Origin: a virus | Lineage: Duplodnaviria > Caudoviricetes | Reading direction: 5' to 3' (one strand) | DNA: 26,615 nucleotides | Virus record (IMG/VR): IMGVR_UViG_3300020043_002699 | Coordinates: 1-26,615 of that record | In this document: piece after piece, positions 16,859 to 23,717 of the stretch | Layout: each line of letters starts with the position of its first letter | Numbering within the stretch: position 1 is the stretch's first letter | Made by a program: the position numbers and the translations under genes | The notes under the pieces: generated by a model | The model's input: the letters and a program-made list of their open reading frames with translations, nothing else | Database searches by the model: none | What the model was told of the DNA's origin: nothing

Positions 16859-17334
16859 AAAAAAAGCATCGCACCATTGAATTGTTCGAGCGTCATCTGT
16901 TCAACGTACCCCTCAACTAACTCTCTGTTTTGTTTGCTGTGTGGTACAATTGTGTACTTTGAACCCACGCGTTTGTCGATAGGTCTGTAAAGCGTTCCCA
17001 TTATCTTGACCATATTGGTTGACACGTCAGAAGCCCAGGTTGAGATGTCAGCGTACTCACCCATACTGATTGAATACAAGTCTGGGATAAATCCAAAGTC
17101 TTTGTCCTTGATCGTAATCGTTTCAAAGAACTTCGCGCTTTCGTTTAGCAACGTTCCTTCAAATGCTTGGATTAACGTCGGCAAATGTTGGAAGGGAATC
17201 TGTTCCGCCTGTTCTTTCGTTAAGTTAGACACGGACGCCAGGCGTTCAATGTCGTTTTTAGCCGCGTGAAAGTCAACGTATTGCTTAACTGTTACACTTG
17301 AATAGTCAGCGGGTATGCTTACTTTTATACTCAT
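16750..17334 (-). CDS. Tail assembly chaperone (gpG analogue)
   Basis: FGFIPDL..ISMGEYADI and GAMLFF motifs; T9 slippery run near the 3' end. Confidence 0.75.
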   Translation of the reverse strand: MSIKVSIPADYSSVTVKQYVDFHAAKNDIERLASVSNLTKEQAEQIPFQHLPTLIQAFEGTLLNESAKFFETITIKDKDFGFIPDLYSISMGEYADISTWASDVSTNMVKIMGTLYRPIDKRVGSKYTIVPHSKQNRELVEGYVEQMTLEQFNGAMLFFSTLLTELSNTSLDYLENEVKKLTEELTEQLKTETT

Positions 17335-17352
17335 TTATTCGTATTTATTTGT

Positions 17353-17508
17353 TTATGAACCACAATACAAACACCCTTCGTCGTCGTCGTCGATAGTCTT
17401 TGCTTCGTTGTAGATTCTGATTGCTTCCATCTCGATTTGTTCTTTCGTCCACTCTGGATTGAAAGCGCGTATTTGAGACTTCAAGAAGTTTAATTTGTTT
17501 TCGCTCAT
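17353..17508 (-). CDS. 51-aa protein ending in DDDDEGCLYCGS, not in ORF track
   Basis: MSENKLNFLKSQIRAFNPEWTKEQIEMEAIRIYNEAKTIDDDDEGCLYCGS*; codon style matches neighbouring genes. Confidence 0.75.
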   Translation of the reverse strand: MSENKLNFLKSQIRAFNPEWTKEQIEMEAIRIYNEAKTIDDDDEGCLYCGS

Positions 17509-17625
17509 TCCTTATTATAAGTTTAGTTCTCCGTTCTTTGTCGCAAAAATCTCCTATACTTGCGACACAATCACATTATAAAGTGTACCCCCTCGGTTAC
17601 GATTATGTTCATTTTGCATATTGCG

Positions 17626-17802
17626 TTACCCTTTCGGGTGCGATTTGATTTCGCGTATGTCCCAAAACATTTCGCAGTCGCCGTCCTTCATTGGTGATTC
17701 GCTGAAGTAGCTTTGTCGGTATGGGTTCGCCTTCGCGAGATACCTGTAGCAAGTGTTTGTTTGGTTGCAGTTAATGCCTTCGCACATTGTGATGTCTGCC
17801 AT
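17626..17802 (-). CDS. Small 4-Cys (putative Zn-binding) protein (58 aa), not in ORF track
   Basis: MADITMCEGINCNQTNTCYRYLAKANPYRQSYFSESPMKDGDCEMFWDIREIKSHPKG*; starts 2 nt after the upstream stop. Confidence 0.75.
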   Translation of the reverse strand: MADITMCEGINCNQTNTCYRYLAKANPYRQSYFSESPMKDGDCEMFWDIREIKSHPKG

Positions 17803-17804
17803 AT

Positions 17805-18050
17805 TTATACGATTATTTGTTCAATGTCTATTTCGTGATGGCTGAGTAGTGCGCGAAAGTATTCAAATACTTCTTCGATACCTTCTTGGTATGCGTCTTC
17901 TTGCCGGTCGTTGTACTTGGTGAACTTGCGATAACCGTTCATCTCAATTTCCCAAAGTAACATCGCCATATCACGCGCCTTTGTGATTCTGTTGAACTCA
18001 ACACGATCGTTTGAATCGTTAAGGTCAAATGTCAAAGTTGCTTTACTCAT
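17805..18050 (-). CDS. Hypothetical protein (81 aa)
   Basis: KATLTFDL N-terminus is seen in many small phage proteins; tightly packed with neighbours. Confidence 0.7.
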   Translation of the reverse strand: MSKATLTFDLNDSNDRVEFNRITKARDMAMLLWEIEMNGYRKFTKYNDRQEDAYQEGIEEVFEYFRALLSHHEIDIEQIIV

Positions 18051-18073
18051 TCGGTAATTTGTCGAATTGGTGC

Positions 18074-18487
18074 TTATAATTTGTCGTTGATTATTATTTG
18101 AATAGGAGCATCGTTAACACCTGCAATTTCATTTCGCTCAACGTACCCTCGTTTCTTTCCGCGTGTCTTCAAATAGAAAATTGTTGCGCTTGTGTTGGGT
18201 GCGTCTTGAATACGGATTACTTCACCGTCTGGTGTTGATACCTCGCGGTGCGCTCCCTTAATCAATTCGAATAACTGACTTTCTGCAAAGTCAACAGCAA
18301 GGTCTGACAATGATTCAACCTTTGCTTTGTAATCTTCGTCTTCTTGCAACCAACGATAGTGTGTTGTTCTATCTATTCCAACAATCTCACAGGCAGAAGT
18401 CACCACACCCAAAGTGCTTTCGAGAGCCTTTAGCATAGCAGTCTTTTTTAGTGTTGCGTTTTGTGGTTTGTTTTCTTCCTTGCTCAT
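18074..18487 (-). CDS. Terminase small subunit (N-terminal HTH)
   Basis: ALE..LGVVT.AC...GI.R.THY.W...D, DFAES.L and ATIFYLKT.GK.RGY.E motifs. Confidence 0.8.
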   Translation of the reverse strand: MSKEENKPQNATLKKTAMLKALESTLGVVTSACEIVGIDRTTHYRWLQEDEDYKAKVESLSDLAVDFAESQLFELIKGAHREVSTPDGEVIRIQDAPNTSATIFYLKTRGKKRGYVERNEIAGVNDAPIQIIINDKL

Positions 18488-18535
18488 AATTTATAAATAT
18501 AAAAACTACTCTCGTTTACTTTTCGAAGGTAACAA

Positions 18536-18889
18536 TTACCCTAATTTACCCTTGTAGTGGTTAATAAGTTGTTCCATTTTAGAATCGTAGTATTTCGAGA
18601 ATGTTTTGAATCCATCATTGTCCTGTTCGAATAATCGAAAGAGAACACCTCTCAATCGTTGTGAAGGCTTCTTGAGCGTATCTTCTAACTCGCTCTTAAG
18701 ACTTTCTACTGCGTCCAGTTCTTCGCGCTTAAAATCTTCGTCTTTGAAAGCGAGATAACCGAACTGATTTGCTATTGTAAATAGTTCTGACGCTTGAGCA
18801 GGACTTAACTCGTTTGTTCCAAAGGTTAGCTTTAACGTCTTGTCCTTTCTTGTTCCTACTGATTCAAGTTGAGCTGGTATTAATATCAT
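18536..18889 (-). CDS. Conserved phage hypothetical protein (117 aa)
   Basis: TRKD.TLKL.F.T.EL and PSQRLRGVLF motifs. Confidence 0.7.
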   Translation of the reverse strand: MILIPAQLESVGTRKDKTLKLTFGTNELSPAQASELFTIANQFGYLAFKDEDFKREELDAVESLKSELEDTLKKPSQRLRGVLFRLFEQDNDGFKTFSKYYDSKMEQLINHYKGKLG

Positions 18890-19281
18890 TTGTTTAATAT
18901 GATTGAATTGAATTCGGTTTCTGCGTTTATAATGTAAGTTGTAATTTCCTTATGAAGCGTATTAATGTTAAAAGCAATTTCGTAAAATTCCAATTCAATA
19001 GCATCTGCTTCAGCCATTAAGCAACAGTCCAAAAAGTATTGAGTGTTAATAGTTGATTGATTACCTGCGTGATATCCTAACCAAAATCCTTCTATCAAAC
19101 TTTCTGAATTTGCATTGTAGTTTAAAAATCTAAAATTGTGACCTTTAATGTTGCTTACCAACATATACCAAGAAGCACCGTCAGTTTGAAAGTCATTGTC
19201 ATTAATAAAACCATAGTTTTTATCAAACCATTTTATTTGATGTTCTGGAACTATTACAAGTTTGGTTTCTGTATGTGTCAT
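18886..19281 (-). CDS. Hypothetical protein (131 aa), AT-rich
   Basis: Open frame with ATGA coupling to the next gene. Confidence 0.65.
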   Translation of the reverse strand: MTHTETKLVIVPEHQIKWFDKNYGFINDNDFQTDGASWYMLVSNIKGHNFRFLNYNANSESLIEGFWLGYHAGNQSTINTQYFLDCCLMAEADAIELEFYEIAFNINTLHKEITTYIINAETEFNSIILNK

Positions 19282-19526
19282 TGTATGTCATTAAATTTAT
19301 TAGTATGTCACTAAATATGCAAAGAAAAGAAAAGAACAAAGAAAACGTGTAAGCACTATAAAGAAAGAACAAAAGAAAAAGCTCCCCCCCGAAAAAGATT
19401 ACTCTCGCCCTTAAAAGGGCAGTTACACGATCCAAGCATTGGTTTATTGCAAGTGTAGTCATTGGTTACTTCGCTTTGACTTACGAAGGTGGTTTGTGTT
19501 CTTATCCAGTTTGTTTCATTTAGTTC

Positions 19527-19582
19527 AAAAAAATAACCCCCAATTGTTTATAGCCGTCAAGCGTAAACAAAAGAGGGTTAAT
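19527..19582 (-). terminator. Intrinsic terminator in a leader (candidate attenuator)
   Basis: Minus strand TAACCCTCTTTTGTTTA-loop-TAAACAATTGGGGGTTA followed by T7. Confidence 0.65.
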
Positions 19583-19602
19583 ACCTAAAACGCTTGACAA
19601 TA

Positions 19603-19632
19603 CAAATATACTTTGAATGTCAATTGTTACAA
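19603..19632 (-). promoter_or_regulatory. Bacteroidota primary-sigma promoter
   Basis: Minus strand TTG (19632-19630), 19-nt spacer, TATATTTG (19610-19603). Confidence 0.7.
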
Positions 19633-19639
19633 CGAATAG

Positions 19640-20074
19640 TTATTCACCTATTTCAACATCTTTCATTGATTCAAGAAAAGTATTGATGTCTTTCTTCACA
19701 CAAGGCGAACAAGTAGAACGCTCGTTGAACGCTCCTGTGGCTTTATCCTTGAACGAATAGAACTTCAACATATCTTTCTGTTCCAAACGTCCCTGGGCTT
19801 TCATATCGAGCAAGAATCGTTTGAACTCGATTTGTTCTTCCATTGAAAGAACACCGTCCCATTTAGACGCTGGACAAGATGCAAAGGCTAACTTTGCTTT
19901 GATAGGCATAACACAGCCACAAAGTTTAATTGACTTTTTGCGGAATAGGACTTCGGTTTCTACTTCTTCGCCAACGATCAATGGCCCACAACTTTGAGTT
20001 GATGCTTCGAAGAATTTACAGGTTCTACAAATTTCTAACCTGCGTTTGTACTCATTACTTTTTGCGAATAACAT
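19640..20074 (-). CDS. Cys-rich putative Zn-binding protein (DUF6171-like N-terminus)
   Basis: RLEICRTC...C...LCGCVMPIK...CP..KW plus a C-terminal CSPC. Confidence 0.65.
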   Translation of the reverse strand: MLFAKSNEYKRRLEICRTCKFFEASTQSCGPLIVGEEVETEVLFRKKSIKLCGCVMPIKAKLAFASCPASKWDGVLSMEEQIEFKRFLLDMKAQGRLEQKDMLKFYSFKDKATGAFNERSTCSPCVKKDINTFLESMKDVEIGE

Positions 20075-20555
20075 TTGCTCTTATTTTTTGTTTGATACTA
20101 TCAATTGTTCTGTACAAAAATACAGTTGGTATTCCTGTTTGTTTGGAAAGTTCTCGGTAGGTGAAACCTTCAAAGATGTATTCTTGAAAGATAAGCCTTT
20201 CAAACTCACTCAGACGACTAATTAGAATATCCAATTGCTCGTTGGTCATTCGTGCACCTAACCACGTCTTGTCCACTTCGTGAGCGTATTCTTTGAAGTC
20301 ACGACGATTACGATTCCACGCGATTGTTTGTTTGTAAAACGGAGAGGTTGGCGAATTGACTGCGAGATACATTACACGGATTAAATAGAACTCAAAGTCG
20401 CCTGTGTCGATTAGGTTTTCAATGTGTTTACTTCCAAACATAGAGAGCAAAGAGTCGTGAAGCAAATCTTCATAGTAGTCTTCGCCTCGCGAGATATTCT
20501 TCGCAAGTTCTTTGAACTTTTTGTAGTGTCCTTCTATGTAGTGGTCAAGTGTCAC
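20055..20555 (-). CDS. ECF-like RNA polymerase sigma factor (probable late-gene sigma)
   Basis: Region-2-like EDLLHD..L and region-4 HTH LSEFERLIF...GFTYRELSKQTGIP. Confidence 0.75.
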   Translation of the reverse strand: MTLDHYIEGHYKKFKELAKNISRGEDYYEDLLHDSLLSMFGSKHIENLIDTGDFEFYLIRVMYLAVNSPTSPFYKQTIAWNRNRRDFKEYAHEVDKTWLGARMTNEQLDILISRLSEFERLIFQEYIFEGFTYRELSKQTGIPTVFLYRTIDSIKQKIRANVIRKK

Positions 20556-20962
20556 CCATTAAAATATTCGTCGATTTGCTTAATTGCTTCCTCGCTACCT
20601 TTACAAATATAAGAACAATAGCCTCTGTTTCTTAATTGTTCCTGCCATTCCTTTTGCTCTGGTGATGCAACACCACCCTTTTCTTTCTTCATCTCAATAG
20701 CAAGACCGTGATATTCTCCGCGTGGTTCGTAAATGAATAGGTCGGGAAAGCCTTTTACGTAACCTGTGCGCTTCATCTTGATCGCTTGCAAGTAACTCGT
20801 TCGCATACCACCCGCAGAAGCGCAATACAAGGCGGTTGGATATGCTAAACGAAGGTATTTTATTACAATCTCTTGTTGATTTGCTTCGCTTTCGGGTGCT
20901 ATTTTACGCTTTACACTACTTTTTTTGTAACTTTTTTTATATGTCTTAACATTCATTTTCAA
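20552..20962 (-). CDS. VRR-NUC domain (PD-(D/E)XK) nuclease
   Basis: E...Q, GFPDL, LAIEMK and SPEQKEW motifs. Confidence 0.9.
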   Translation of the reverse strand: MKMNVKTYKKSYKKSSVKRKIAPESEANQQEIVIKYLRLAYPTALYCASAGGMRTSYLQAIKMKRTGYVKGFPDLFIYEPRGEYHGLAIEMKKEKGGVASPEQKEWQEQLRNRGYCSYICKGSEEAIKQIDEYFNG

Positions 20963-20997
20963 TTAGTTATAAATTATTTTTAATTTATTTTTATTTT

Positions 20998-21031
20998 TTT
21001 GTCGGATATTACAAAAGTTAGCATACATTTG
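20998..21031 (+). promoter_or_regulatory. Early promoter at the strand-divergence point
   Basis: TTTG (20998-21001), 22-nt spacer, TACATTTG (21024-21031), preceded by an almost pure A/T tract (~20960-21000). Confidence 0.65.
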
Positions 21032-21069
21032 TACTCAACAAACCAAAGATAATCAAAAACAAAACAACG

Positions 21070-21444
21070 ATGAGAACAAAAATTGAAAGCACAGTAACCT
21101 TTAGCGGACTTTCTGTAAGAATTGACGAATTTCTTAAATTATGGGCTAGCTATGCAGGTCGTTCTATCAAAGAACTTCCTTTTAAAAGAGATTTAAGCGG
21201 TTGGAATGACGGTCATACCAGTATGCAGCCTAAAAAAACTATCGCGTGTTATGCGTGGAGCAGGGAAGAGGGCGAGCAATGTGTTGGGGTGTATGAAATT
21301 TGGGAGCGTAAAGATGGTTACAGCATCGAGTGTTTCAAGTTTAACACTATCGAAGATTATAATCAATACGATCCTTGTCAAGATAGCCCAGACGCTATTA
21401 AGCGCGAAATCGGATTATGCAAAAATTATCATACAGGAATTTAA
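21070..21444 (+). CDS. First early gene, hypothetical (124 aa)
   Basis: ATG after an A/C-rich leader downstream of the early promoter. Confidence 0.7.
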   Translation: MRTKIESTVTFSGLSVRIDEFLKLWASYAGRSIKELPFKRDLSGWNDGHTSMQPKKTIACYAWSREEGEQCVGVYEIWERKDGYSIECFKFNTIEDYNQYDPCQDSPDAIKREIGLCKNYHTGI

Positions 21445-21497
21445 TAAAATGAGGGGTGCGGCTCAACAACGCACATTAACTAAACCCAAATAATCAA

Positions 21498-21611
21498 ATG
21501 AAAAAAACACTACTCTTTATCGCGATGCTATTCGCAGGAATGTTAATCGCAGGAACGATTGACGAATCCACAAGACAATTAGAACAACAACCAAACACAA
21601 TATCAAAATGA
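21498..21611 (+). CDS. Small membrane/signal-peptide protein (37 aa), not in ORF track
   Basis: MKKTLLFIAMLFAGMLIAGTIDESTRQLEQQPNTISK*; ATGA coupling to the next ORF. Confidence 0.65.
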   Translation: MKKTLLFIAMLFAGMLIAGTIDESTRQLEQQPNTISK

Positions 21612-21778
21612 AAGTAGAACTAATTCAAAAGACGACGCTTACAGATATGTATTACGTCATCAAAGTAAACGGAGAATTTCACATGTCGTACAATCACTAC
21701 GACGAAGCGGTGACAGCATACGACCGAATCAAACAAGCAACACCACGCGAAGAAATAATACTATCAAAAGAAATCTAA
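21608..21778 (+). CDS. Hypothetical protein (56 aa), not in ORF track
   Basis: MKVELIQKTTLTDMYYVIKVNGEFHMSYNHYDEAVTAYDRIKQATPREEIILSKEI*. Confidence 0.7.
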   Translation: MKVELIQKTTLTDMYYVIKVNGEFHMSYNHYDEAVTAYDRIKQATPREEIILSKEI

Positions 21779-22024
21779 AAACCAATAAATCAAATGAACA
21801 ATGAAAGAGCCAATTTTTACAAATCAATTTTTCTCTTTGAAGAAGAAGTACAAATTCTTATTGACGGAATCATTACCGCACAAAATTACTACGGTAATCA
21901 GAAGAATGGGTCAACCTCTAGGGATCAACTGTGCGAACAACGAATTGCAGAACTTGAACGAGTATTCCTCAAAGTTACTACTTCGTCTTGGAAAGAATTA
22001 CCAGAGCCACCAAAAGAAATCTAA
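21765..22024 (+). repeat. 14-bp direct repeat CAAAAGAAATCTAA
   Basis: Identical copies at 21765-21778 and 22011-22024. Confidence 0.8.
21794..22024 (+). CDS. Hypothetical protein (76 aa)
   Basis: A-rich leader (AAATCAA-ATG) and amphipathic helices. Confidence 0.65.
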   Translation: MNNERANFYKSIFLFEEEVQILIDGIITAQNYYGNQKNGSTSRDQLCEQRIAELERVFLKVTTSSWKELPEPPKEI

Positions 22025-22120
22025 CTTTATTTGTGTTTATTCGAGCGCGTCAGCCTATAACCTAACTCACAACGAGATAGCAGCCAACATTGAGAAACAT
22101 CAAAAAATTTCAGAATTGCG

Positions 22121-22150
22121 TTGGAACGACGAACTAATTGAATATATTTG
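22121..22150 (+). promoter_or_regulatory. Second early promoter
   Basis: TTG (22121-22123), 19-nt spacer, TATATTTG (22143-22150), 22 nt upstream of ATG 22173. Confidence 0.65.
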
Positions 22151-22172
22151 TAACCACTAAAAATCAAAATCA

Positions 22173-22454
22173 ATGTACAATCCAAAAATCACTTATCACT
22201 TTTCAATGGACGACATCAAGCGTCTGAATGAAGAAATCAAAGTAATTGCGCAGAACTTCGAACACGAAAACGGTTGGTTTCATGAAAACCAAGGACGCCA
22301 GTTCACAGACGAAAACGGAAACACTTTCGACTTTGATGTTCTTGGACGCTTCTTTCGCAAAGATGAACCCGACTACGATCTCCACTACGTTCGTTTGAAG
22401 AAAGACGGAATAACATTCGAGTTCGACTATCGTATCTTCCAAGACCGCATCTAA
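22173..22454 (+). CDS. Hypothetical protein (93 aa)
   Basis: A-rich leader and typical codon usage. Confidence 0.75.
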   Translation: MYNPKITYHFSMDDIKRLNEEIKVIAQNFEHENGWFHENQGRQFTDENGNTFDFDVLGRFFRKDEPDYDLHYVRLKKDGITFEFDYRIFQDRI

Positions 22455-23246
22455 ATGGGTTATTACAAGCGAATAAGCGAGGAAGAACAAATGTCAGCAA
22501 ACGAATGGTTCTGGCAAAACGAAGAAGCGAAACTCGCAAACAAATTTGAAAATTATATAAATCAACAACAAATAAACAACAACAACATGAGCATCATTGC
22601 ACAACAAAACAACAACAACAGCGGAGGTCAAACAGTACCCGCAGGAACACACGTAGCGCGTTGCTACCAAATCATTCACATTGGAACAATCGTCGACACC
22701 TATCAAGGCGAAGAAAAGTTAGTGAACAAAGTTCGCTTAGTGTTTGAACTACCACTTGAAACAGCCGACTTCGGTAAAGGTGAACAACCGTTCTCAATCG
22801 GACGCGACTTTACTTTGTCAATGCACGAGAAAAGCGGACTAAGAGCCTTCGTTCAATCGTGGTTAGGCAAGGCAATGAGCGACGCGGAAGCGAACAAATT
22901 CGACATTGGAACATTACTAGGCAAAGAAGCAATGGTAAGCGTTATGCACCGCACAGCTAACACAGGAAGAACTTACGCAGACCTTAAAGGAGCTTCACCA
23001 CTTGCGAAAGGAATGGTTTGCCCACCACAGGTTAATGCAGCGTTTCTTTTAGACTACGATTCAGAAGACTTCGACTTGCGTTTTAAGATGCTTCCAGAGT
23101 GGCTTCAAAACAAAGTTAGTTCGTCTCAGCAATTCAGCGACCGTTTAGAGCGCTCTGCGGATCAAATGAACAAAGCGAAGTCAATGCTCGAAAAAAGCGG
23201 GTTAGTTCAACCAACGCAAGAAGACGAAGACGAATTGCCATTCTAA
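22455..23246 (+). CDS. ssDNA-binding-like protein (NGO0469-like family) with acidic DELPF tail
   Basis: PAGTH.ARCY..I.IGT and TLSMHEKS.LR....SW.G motifs; C-terminal EDEDELPF resembles the SSB C-terminal peptide. The core probably starts at ATG 22587. Confidence 0.7.
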   Translation: MGYYKRISEEEQMSANEWFWQNEEAKLANKFENYINQQQINNNNMSIIAQQNNNNSGGQTVPAGTHVARCYQIIHIGTIVDTYQGEEKLVNKVRLVFELPLETADFGKGEQPFSIGRDFTLSMHEKSGLRAFVQSWLGKAMSDAEANKFDIGTLLGKEAMVSVMHRTANTGRTYADLKGASPLAKGMVCPPQVNAAFLLDYDSEDFDLRFKMLPEWLQNKVSSSQQFSDRLERSADQMNKAKSMLEKSGLVQPTQEDEDELPF

Positions 23247-23250
23247 ATAC

Positions 23251-23287
23251 AAATGGGGGTTATAACATACATTAACCCCTATTTTTT
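23251..23287 (+). terminator. Intrinsic terminator after the SSB-like gene
   Basis: AAATGGGGGTTA-loop-TAACCCCTATTTTTT. Confidence 0.7.
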
Positions 23288-23293
23288 AACTTA

Positions 23294-23713
23294 ATGAATA
23301 ATAAACCATACAATAAAAACAAAATGAAAAATCAAAAGCCATTTAACATTGAAAGAGTTCGTGAATTTTGCAAATTAGTAAATAACGGATTGAAACCAAA
23401 AGAAGCACTTGCAAAAATGAATACTTGTGAAGGTTATCAAATGCCTCTAAAAAAAGCAGGTTTATTCTGGAAGGAAAAAGACGGAAGTTATAAAGCCGTT
23501 GAGCGTATTCGAACTGACCGTTATGAATTATTTGTAAGTGAAAAAAAGAATTACAATAAATACAAAAACAAAAAGCAGTATAAACAATTTGCAAAACAAC
23601 CGACACTTTTCAACCAAGCAAAACCAAAACAAACAACAGCGCAAAAGGTAAAGGTAAAACAACCTCAATTGAACTTCATTCAACGTATTGTAAAATCAAT
23701 TTTTAACCTGTAA
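23294..23713 (+). CDS. Very basic hypothetical protein (139 aa), AT-rich
   Basis: Lys-rich open frame; the start may be the second Met. Confidence 0.65.
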   Translation: MNNKPYNKNKMKNQKPFNIERVREFCKLVNNGLKPKEALAKMNTCEGYQMPLKKAGLFWKEKDGSYKAVERIRTDRYELFVSEKKNYNKYKNKKQYKQFAKQPTLFNQAKPKQTTAQKVKVKQPQLNFIQRIVKSIFNL

Positions 23714-23717
23714 CAAA

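Noticed and set aside
98-17269. Many plus-strand ORFs of 60-120 aa within the structural region
   Set aside because: They lie antisense to long, well-supported genes, have Ser/Phe-rich shadow composition and lack A-rich leaders.
19223-19462. 79-aa hydrophobic minus-strand ORF (possible membrane protein)
   Set aside because: The hydrophobicity comes from the pyrimidine tract of the repeat block and it overlaps the next gene by 59 nt. Treated as non-coding, though not excluded.
19502-19510. TTATCCAGT as a DnaA box
   Set aside because: Two mismatches to TTATCCACA and a single copy.
22560-22622. (AAC)n tracts as a CRISPR-like or VNTR array
   Set aside because: Short low-complexity triplets with no repeat-spacer structure.
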